Shown piece after piece: positions 17,285 to 24,400 of a stretch of DNA of 30,074 bases; the first letter of the stretch is position 1; every line of letters begins with the position of its first letter. The stretch lies in the IMG/VR virus record IMGVR_UViG_3300044513_003232, positions 1-30,074 of that record. One strand, written 5' to 3'. Under the pieces are notes generated by a model. It saw only the letters and a list, made by a program, of their open reading frames with translations, did not search any database and was not told the DNA's origin. The position numbers were made by a program, and so were the translations under genes. This DNA is from a virus (taxonomy: Duplodnaviria > Caudoviricetes).

Positions 17285-18403
17285 ATGTCAAATCTCAATC
17301 TTGGCAAATTAATTTCTTCTGCTGGTGTAAAGTTACCAGTTTTTACAACCGCAAACCTACCCACAGGAGAAATTGGACTACTCGTATTTGATGAGACGGA
17401 AAACGTAGTCAAAGTTTATAATGGAAATGCCTGGGTTAGAGTAACTCAAGGTGGACAGATTACCGCAACTGGAGGAACAGAGGTGGTGTCTGGAAACTAC
17501 AAGTATCACATCTACGGATCCCCTGGACCTTCTTCCTTTGTTGTTACATCTGGAACTGGAAATATTGAGGTCATGCTCGTCGCTGGCGGCGGCGCTGGAG
17601 GGAACAACAACGCTGGTGGTGGTGGTGCTGGAGGACTTGTTTGGATTCCAGAAGCAGTTGGATATCCAGTTTCCCCTGGAACAATTTCATTAAACGTTGG
17701 TAATGGTGGAGCTTCTTCCCCAAGACCACAGAACGGTGACTCGGGTCTTGGTAGTCCTGGTGGAAATAGTACCTTTGGTGGATTAACTGCCGTTGGTGGC
17801 GGTAGGGGTGGTTATTGGTCCACAAACAACACCAGTCAACCAGGAGGTTCTGGCGCTGGTGGAAATGGAAACCCACAAAACCTCAGTAGAGAACCAGGAA
17901 AAACTGGAACTCAACCAACCCAAGCAGGAGACTCTGGTACATATGGATATGGAAACCCTGGTGGTCAAGGTGGTAGAACATCTGGAGACACTGGTGGTGG
18001 CGGTGGCGGCGGAGCAGGTGCGCCAGGTAATGGAACTGGTGGTCCTGGATCCGAAGGTGGTTGGCCAGGTGGAGCAGGTGGATCTGGAAAGGCAGTTTCT
18101 AGTTTCCCAGTAACTATTACAGCACAGGGAGTTCCTGCTCCAAATAGACCTGCATTTACTTCTGCTGTTACTGGAGGAAATTACTACGCTGGCGGCGGAG
18201 GCGGTGGTGCAGGTGGTAGTGCAACTCCCGCTGTTGCTGGTGGTGTTGGTGGTATTGGTGGCGGTGGTGCAGGTGGCGCTAACCAAACAGGCACGAATGG
18301 ATCTCCAGGAACTTATGGAACTGGTGGCGGTGGTGGTGGTGGAGACAACACCCAAGGTGGATCTGGTGCTCCTGGAATCATTGCCATCCGTTATCTGCAG
18401 TAA
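17285..18403 (+). CDS. Glycine-rich (polyglycine-II type) adhesin-like fibre-tip protein (372 aa)
   Basis: N-module MSNLNLGKL...LP......P.GE.GLLVFD.....KVYNGNAW. Then ATGG...YKYHIY...EVMLVAGGGAGG, many GGGGG runs, YYAGGGGGG, and terminal GGSGAPGIIAIRY, typical of phage glycine-rich domains (gp38-like architecture). Confidence 0.75.
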   Translation: MSNLNLGKLISSAGVKLPVFTTANLPTGEIGLLVFDETENVVKVYNGNAWVRVTQGGQITATGGTEVVSGNYKYHIYGSPGPSSFVVTSGTGNIEVMLVAGGGAGGNNNAGGGGAGGLVWIPEAVGYPVSPGTISLNVGNGGASSPRPQNGDSGLGSPGGNSTFGGLTAVGGGRGGYWSTNNTSQPGGSGAGGNGNPQNLSREPGKTGTQPTQAGDSGTYGYGNPGGQGGRTSGDTGGGGGGGAGAPGNGTGGPGSEGGWPGGAGGSGKAVSSFPVTITAQGVPAPNRPAFTSAVTGGNYYAGGGGGGAGGSATPAVAGGVGGIGGGGAGGANQTGTNGSPGTYGTGGGGGGGDNTQGGSGAPGIIAIRYLQ

Positions 18404-18409
18404 TAAATA
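18402..18409 (+). promoter_or_regulatory. Late promoter AATAAATA (NATAAATA type)
   Basis: Overlaps the stop of the Gly-rich gene, 27 nt upstream of the oxygenase ATG. Confidence 0.6.
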
Positions 18410-18436
18410 ATTTTATGATTTGATTTTATTTCATAG

Positions 18437-19057
18437 ATGGCATATCAATCAATATGGCACTTCACTGATATCCCAGAGGAAGTTGTTGAGAGCATAGAAA
18501 AAGATTTATTTCAAAACTTTGAACCTCACATGGAAGATTCAAAGTTGATTGGTGATACACTGAATAAAGAAAAAAGAAACTCTAAAAACGCTTGGGTTCC
18601 AACTCACCATTGGGTAGCTGGATTTATTTGGCACTACGTAGAAAGAGCGAATAGAGAAAATTTCTGCTACGATATTAGAAATATCGATGGTGAAAATTTA
18701 CAGTATACCAGATATGGTGAAGGAGAATATTACGGTTGGCACAATGATGCGGGCATTTCTTCACAGTATAAACCAATCTCCAAAGGAAATAGAGGTACAG
18801 AACTCGTACAAGATTTCATCAATGAGCAGGGTGAGCTTGTAAGGAAACTTTCTTTTGTTTTGCAACTTTCCGACTCTGAAGAGTATGAAGGTGGAAACTT
18901 ACAACTCTTAGATGAGAACGGAAATACTTACTTTGCTCCAAGGAAAAGAGGAACTATTATTGTCTTTGATTCCAGAACACAACATAGAGTTTTGAAAGTT
19001 ACAAAGGGAACTAGAAAATCTGTGGTAGGATGGGTTGTAGGTCCGCGCTGGAAATAA
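18437..19057 (+). CDS. 2OG-Fe(II) oxygenase, prolyl-4-hydroxylase/PKHD-like (206 aa)
   Basis: HxD motif (WHND, His 18740, Asp 18746), RKLSFVLQLSD..EYEGG.L, distal His (QHRV) and the 2OG-binding Arg in KGTRKSVVGW. Confidence 0.88.
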   Translation: MAYQSIWHFTDIPEEVVESIEKDLFQNFEPHMEDSKLIGDTLNKEKRNSKNAWVPTHHWVAGFIWHYVERANRENFCYDIRNIDGENLQYTRYGEGEYYGWHNDAGISSQYKPISKGNRGTELVQDFINEQGELVRKLSFVLQLSDSEEYEGGNLQLLDENGNTYFAPRKRGTIIVFDSRTQHRVLKVTKGTRKSVVGWVVGPRWK

Positions 19058-19064
19058 TTTTACA

Positions 19065-20198
19065 ATGGAAGTATGTGTTATTGGAAGAGGATCTTCCTCG
19101 ATTATAACAACATTAAAGTTGTTACAAAGAGGGCATAAGGTCACAGTTCATTATGATCCGAATATCCCTCATATTATTGTTGGGGAATCCACAACCCCAC
19201 AGTTAGCAGATCTAATAGAAGATGTTACGGGAATAACCGTATCTCATTTAGTTGATGATGAATTAGCATCTTTCAAATTGGGAGTGCATTTTGTTGGGTG
19301 GGGACCCAGGGATAACTATAAGTATCCATTTATAAATCAGTCAGCAATGCATTTCATGACTGATAAATTTAATGATGCTTTTTGGTCATATCTTCAAATT
19401 AAATTTGGAGTTAATCTTGTAGGCGAAAGAGTGGATTCTTATCATGTAGATAATGATAAGGTAATAGTCAATGGAAATCAGTACGATTTTCTGGTCAGGT
19501 GCTCTGGATTCCCCAGCGATAATTTAAAACCAACTAGATTTGAAACTGTAAATAGTGTTGTGGTCTTCAATAAACCAGAAATAGAAGACCCGCTTTTTAC
19601 ATTACATAGAGCTACCGAAGATGGTTGGCAATTTGAATTACCATTCCCCAATCAAAATGTATCTCACTGTGGGTACTTATACAACAATAAATATATTTCA
19701 AAAAAAGAAGTAGAGAAAAAAATCAAATATCCAATACTAGGTAGTTTTAGTTGGAAACCTCAGTTTTCTCCATTTCTTTTAGAAAGTGCTTTTGTTGCTG
19801 TCAATGGAAATTCTGCTCTTTTCTTCGAACCTCTCCAAGCACTATCTTTACATTACTACGTAGACTTCGCAGAATACATTTGTAATTTTCTAGATAATAG
19901 ATCCGAACAAAATTATTACTACACTAACAACTTGTATAGAAATGAAGTGTATTCATATGAATATACAATATCTTTTCATTATAATGCAGGAAGTAAATAC
20001 AAATCAAAATTCTGGAGAAACACTAAAAAAAGTGCGGAAGAAATTTTTTCCAAATCCCCAAATGGAGATATTAATTTTATAGTAGATAATATAGTTTGTG
20101 ATAGTAAATACCAAACACAGTATTCTAGAATAGGATGCTTTACAAGTAAGGATACAAAACTTTTAGTATCTGGTTTATATGATTACACCTTCGTATAA
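19065..20198 (+). CDS. Tryptophan halogenase (PrnA)-like flavoprotein, divergent and short (377 aa)
   Basis: Degenerate Rossmann motif VIGRGSSS, VGESTTP, FKLGVHFVGW (Lys in the catalytic position), GWQFELP (compare WxWxIP), GYLY, GNSALFFEPLQA. Confidence 0.8.
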   Translation: MEVCVIGRGSSSIITTLKLLQRGHKVTVHYDPNIPHIIVGESTTPQLADLIEDVTGITVSHLVDDELASFKLGVHFVGWGPRDNYKYPFINQSAMHFMTDKFNDAFWSYLQIKFGVNLVGERVDSYHVDNDKVIVNGNQYDFLVRCSGFPSDNLKPTRFETVNSVVVFNKPEIEDPLFTLHRATEDGWQFELPFPNQNVSHCGYLYNNKYISKKEVEKKIKYPILGSFSWKPQFSPFLLESAFVAVNGNSALFFEPLQALSLHYYVDFAEYICNFLDNRSEQNYYYTNNLYRNEVYSYEYTISFHYNAGSKYKSKFWRNTKKSAEEIFSKSPNGDINFIVDNIVCDSKYQTQYSRIGCFTSKDTKLLVSGLYDYTFV

Positions 20199-20205
20199 TT
20201 AAAAA

Positions 20206-20856
20206 ATGCACCCAAATGATATAAAATTTGCTGTTGGATTACATAGAGGTACAGCAAAAACCAACAATTCTTTCCTCGAAGAGAATGGATATGTCGTAGT
20301 TCCATCTCTCTATGATCCAAAAAAATTATACTTTGATTTGCCAGAAGGTATAACTGGACAATTGAACTATGGAAAAACCATTGTGGATGTCACTCATGTT
20401 GCAGATGAGGGACAAGTATCTGGATCACTGTCTAGATATGGACACCCACAATATAGATCCGTACACAATGAAATCAGATTAAAACTTCAAGAGATCATCG
20501 GCAAACCTCTTTGCAATACATACTACTATGATAGATTCTATTTTGAGGATCAGGAACTAGTAAAGCATGTAGATAGAGAAGCTTGTGAGATCTCCGTAAG
20601 TATTCACATTGGAACTAATATCAAGGAACCATGGGCGTTTTGTCTGACAACTCCAGGTGGAGAAGACAGAGAAGTTTTCCTCAATCCTGGAGATGGAGTA
20701 ATTTATAAAGGTTGCGAGATTGTGCATTGGCGTGATAAAATGCCACTGAAGAAAAAATGGATGGATAAAACAAAATACTATTACCATCAAATATTTTTTC
20801 ACTATGTACTTCGTGATGGGTATAAGTGCCAATATGCTCATGACGTTATCAGATAA
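20206..20856 (+). CDS. 2OG-Fe(II) oxygenase-like protein (216 aa)
   Basis: Motifs LVKHVDREACEISVSIHI (HxD), L.PGDGVIYKG, IVHWR (distal His) and YHQIFFHYV. This family is common in cyanophages. Confidence 0.78.
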   Translation: MHPNDIKFAVGLHRGTAKTNNSFLEENGYVVVPSLYDPKKLYFDLPEGITGQLNYGKTIVDVTHVADEGQVSGSLSRYGHPQYRSVHNEIRLKLQEIIGKPLCNTYYYDRFYFEDQELVKHVDREACEISVSIHIGTNIKEPWAFCLTTPGGEDREVFLNPGDGVIYKGCEIVHWRDKMPLKKKWMDKTKYYYHQIFFHYVLRDGYKCQYAHDVIR

Positions 20857-20859
20857 ATA
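20852..20859 (+). promoter_or_regulatory. Late promoter GATAAATA
   Basis: NATAAATA overlapping the stop codon, 21 nt upstream of ATG 20881. Confidence 0.6.
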
Positions 20860-20880
20860 AACCAGTTATTATTGTTAACT

Positions 20881-21063
20881 ATGACTACAGAAGAAATGGT
20901 GAAAGATTTCACCGAGCAATTGAAGGAACAGAAGGCAACAATCACCGAGCTTGAAGAAGCACTCAAAGCACGTAGGGATCAGGTTCTTCGTCTTCAGGGT
21001 GCAATTGAAGCACTGAACATGACACTTAAGGGTAAGGATGAGGAAACACTTTCCGTCGAGTGA
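20881..21063 (+). CDS. Small coiled-coil hypothetical protein (60 aa)
   Basis: ATG at 20881 is preferred to TTG 20872. Heptad pattern in LKEQKATITELEEALKARRDQVLRLQGAIEAL. Confidence 0.7.
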   Translation: MTTEEMVKDFTEQLKEQKATITELEEALKARRDQVLRLQGAIEALNMTLKGKDEETLSVE

Positions 21064-21358
21064 GTATAGAAAAAAGGAACACATCAATTCTTCAATCAAC
21101 CCGATTGAATTTGATGGCACCTTAGATACTCTTCCATATAGAACTGGAGATTTGTATGAGGGTAGAGAAATAATTTCCGTATCCTCTACTAATACTGTGT
21201 ATGGGTGGAATTACAGCGTAGTTGTTCGTGGAGATGATACTCACGTTACTACTCGATTTACCTTCGACAAAAAGCATGATCTCAAGTTTACAAAACCACT
21301 TGAGAAGATGTCTCCGAAAAGTTTAAAGGAACTAAATGTTCCTAATATAGATACCTAA
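21038..21358 (+). CDS. Hypothetical protein (106 aa)
   Basis: ATG-initiated ORF overlapping the upstream gene by 26 nt, filling the gap and ending just before the terminator. Confidence 0.6.
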   Translation: MRKHFPSSEYRKKEHINSSINPIEFDGTLDTLPYRTGDLYEGREIISVSSTNTVYGWNYSVVVRGDDTHVTTRFTFDKKHDLKFTKPLEKMSPKSLKELNVPNIDT

Positions 21359-21360
21359 CT

Positions 21361-21397
21361 AAAAGTCCTCTGTATAAATACAACAGAGGACTTTTTT
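21361..21397 (+). terminator. Rho-independent terminator, possibly bidirectional
   Basis: Perfect 13-bp inverted repeat AAAAGTCCTCTGT (21361-21373) / ACAGAGGACTTTT (21383-21395), 9-nt loop, T6 run at 21392-21397. Confidence 0.8.
21373..21380 (+). promoter_or_regulatory. T4-type late promoter TATAAATA in the terminator loop
   Basis: Exact consensus, 28 nt upstream of ATG 21409. Confidence 0.8.
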
Positions 21398-21408
21398 GTG
21401 CTTACCGA

Positions 21409-24400
21409 ATGAAGAGGGTAGTAGTCAAGGTAACCAATAATTCTGATCTAGAAGTTGCAAAGGACTCTATCCTAGATCAAATTAGTTATCTTATTTTTGT
21501 AGAACAATTTAGAAGTTTTAACGTTCTTGCCTTTGACGTACCAGAGGAAAACGAAGGGACTGCTCTATCTGATATTCGCTCACTTGGGCATAGAGCAACT
21601 TGGGATATCGAAGTTACTTGCGATCCAGTAGCAGAATTAAATAACTTTGCTGCTGTTGAGCACCCAGAAGAAGAGGTAACTGGAGACGCCAGTTACGGAA
21701 CAAGAAATATCACCACAACAGGTAGCGGCACAATCTACGTTAGAGTTGCCAATATCAGTGGTCAAAACTTATATGTGTTCTCGTCAAGTATTAACGGAAC
21801 ATATTCTACAGCATATACCCAATCAGGATTCCTGCAGGGTGGTACATATACATTTGATACCTCACATTCATCTAACGCAGGGCACCCATTTAGATTCTCT
21901 GAGACTCCAGATGGAACTTGGAAGAGTGGATCTGAATACAATACAACAGTAACAGTAAACGGAACTCCAGGATCCGCTGGGTCATATACTAGAATTCTTT
22001 TTAATGCTTCCACACCATCAGTATTGTTCTACTACTGTAGTGTACATTCTGGTATGGGAAGAGCATTCCTAAGTCCAGACCGTTATGGTACAGTCAACCT
22101 GCATGACTTCTGGCACCTCGATAGAATTACAAAGTCAGATCGTTCATATTTAAATAGGCAGTTTAGTTACACTGAAACTGGAGATGGTGTAGATATCTAC
22201 GTTATCGACTCTGGTGTTCGTGGGGCAAGTAGACCAACTGGAACTAACGCATCACTTCACCCAGAACTCTACGATCCAGATTTCACTACTGACCTGAACG
22301 GTCTTTCTGAGCAGCAAAACTATAGAGTATATCAACTACCCCACTATGCTGGTGCATATGGTAGCAACAACGAAGATGACAATGGTCACGGAACTAACTG
22401 TGCTGTACTTGCAGCAGGAAGAACCGCAGGTGTTTCTAGGAAATCTAGAATCTATGCACTGAAAGCATTCAACAGTTCATTATCCTCTGCATACTCCCAA
22501 ATTTTAGGTGCATATCAAGCTGTCATTGACCACAACGATCCCACAAGCGGCAACTTTAAAGGGGATGACAGACCTGCAATCATCAACTCTTCTTTTGGAC
22601 CAACTATTCCAAGTGGAGGATACCCCTTCATTGAATTAAACGATCCTGGAACTGATGTAGGAACTGAAGTAGAGATCTTAGATGAAATTGAAAAGACCGT
22701 AACTGATAATTATAATATTATCATTGCAAGATCGGCAGGTAACGGATTTAAAGATGCTGGTGATAATTTTGCTGGACCAATTCAAGGAAAGTATATCGCA
22801 GGTACAAGAACAGCAGGATACAGCGATCCAGTATTTAATTCTGTAGATCCAGATCAGAATAAAATCTCTGTTGGTGCTACAGAATACAATGACCGTTGGT
22901 CATACTTCTCTAACTATGGTGGAGGCGTTACAACAACCGCGCCTGGATCTAGGGTTGTATGTCCCAAGTATGACTGGACAAGTAATACTTCTTACACGTC
23001 CACATTAAACTATAATCTGATTGATGGTACATCTTTCTCTTGCCCTATCGTTGTAGGTATTATTGCATCCTGGGCATCGGCAAATAGTTATACCAGAACA
23101 ACACCAAATCTTCCACAGACGGCAAAGTCATTCTTCAGAGGAGATGGTTCTGGATTCTTAAAGGATGCAGCAGGAACATCAACATATCCAACAAATATTC
23201 TCCAAGAAAAATCATTACCAACTGATCCGTTTAGCGTAACTAATGGTTCAAGTGATCTTGTTATCAAATTCAACTCTGCAGATGCTTCCAATTTCTTAGG
23301 CAACATTGGTGAGAGAGTACAACTGAGAGCCGTATTTGGAACTACCGTTGGTGGCGTTAACATCCACGAACAGGGTTGGGAATGGTTAACTATTACTGGA
23401 GAGAGCGCAGGTAATAATACCATTACAGTATCGATGCTTTCCTCTGGAACATCAACCCAATCGAATGCTGGTGGTGCTGGGCATTACCTCGCACTCTTAA
23501 AGGATACTCATGAATTAACTGATGGACCAGAGTTCAGTGGAACACAACTCTACACCCAGACAGACGCACAAGAAAGTGGTGGATCTAGTACACCAGTTCA
23601 AAACATTCCAGTAGACTCTGGAGTAGATTTTAACGTATCTTCAATTTCCTCAGTAAGAAAAGGTGCGATCTATCCTTACGTTGATAGTATCGTCACCTGG
23701 GCAAATTCACCTGGGGCGGTTGGGGGAAGTCCATTTACAAATGGATCTTCGGTCAATTATAACCTCGGATTGTCTTCGTTAACGACATGGGCAAGTGAAC
23801 CAATTACAATCCAAGGTTATACTTTAAGTGGAGATAGTTTATCTGGCACTGGTTTATCTTTTGATACTAATACTGGTGTACTATCTGGAACAACAACATC
23901 ACTTTATCTTGATGTAGTAAAAAATATTACAGTAACAGAGACAACTAGCGGACAGTCTCAAGCATATACCTTCACTTTAACTGGAACTGGTGTTGGTATT
24001 ACGATTACCCAGCAACCATCCAACACTCAAGTTGAAGCTGGTGGTGGGGTTAACGCAACGTTTACTGTTGCTGGTACTGCGGATGATGCATCTACAGTAA
24101 CATTCCAGTGGGAATATTCTACTGATGGTGGATCAAACTGGTCAACTATCTCCTCTCTTGCTGGTCATAGTGGAGAGACCACAGATACTCTTACTGTTGA
24201 TGATGACTATGCATTTGACGATTATCAGTATCGTTGCATACTTGATAGTGCAACAGCAGTAAATCCAACAACTTCCAATGCAGCAACTCTGTTAGTCTAT
24301 AGAGTTGTCACAATTGGAACCCAACCAACAAATCAAACTCCAGTCGCACCAGCAACGGCAACATTCTTCGTAACTGCTTCGACTGCTGATGGTGCTACTG

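Noticed and set aside
17575-18370. GGT/GGC-rich runs as a DNA tandem repeat or a collagen domain
   Set aside because: Explained by polyglycine coding, and there is no sustained Gly-X-Y periodicity.
12163-18403. Diversity-generating retroelement or invertible shufflon acting on the tip genes
   Set aside because: No reverse transcriptase or recombinase in the window. No ~100-nt near-identical repeat pair with adenine-specific mismatches and no inverted crossover sites were seen. All genes are co-oriented. Elements elsewhere in the genome cannot be excluded.
19686-19693. AATAAATA inside the halogenase-like gene
   Set aside because: Mid-gene in very AT-rich sequence and about 500 nt from the next start, so probably chance.
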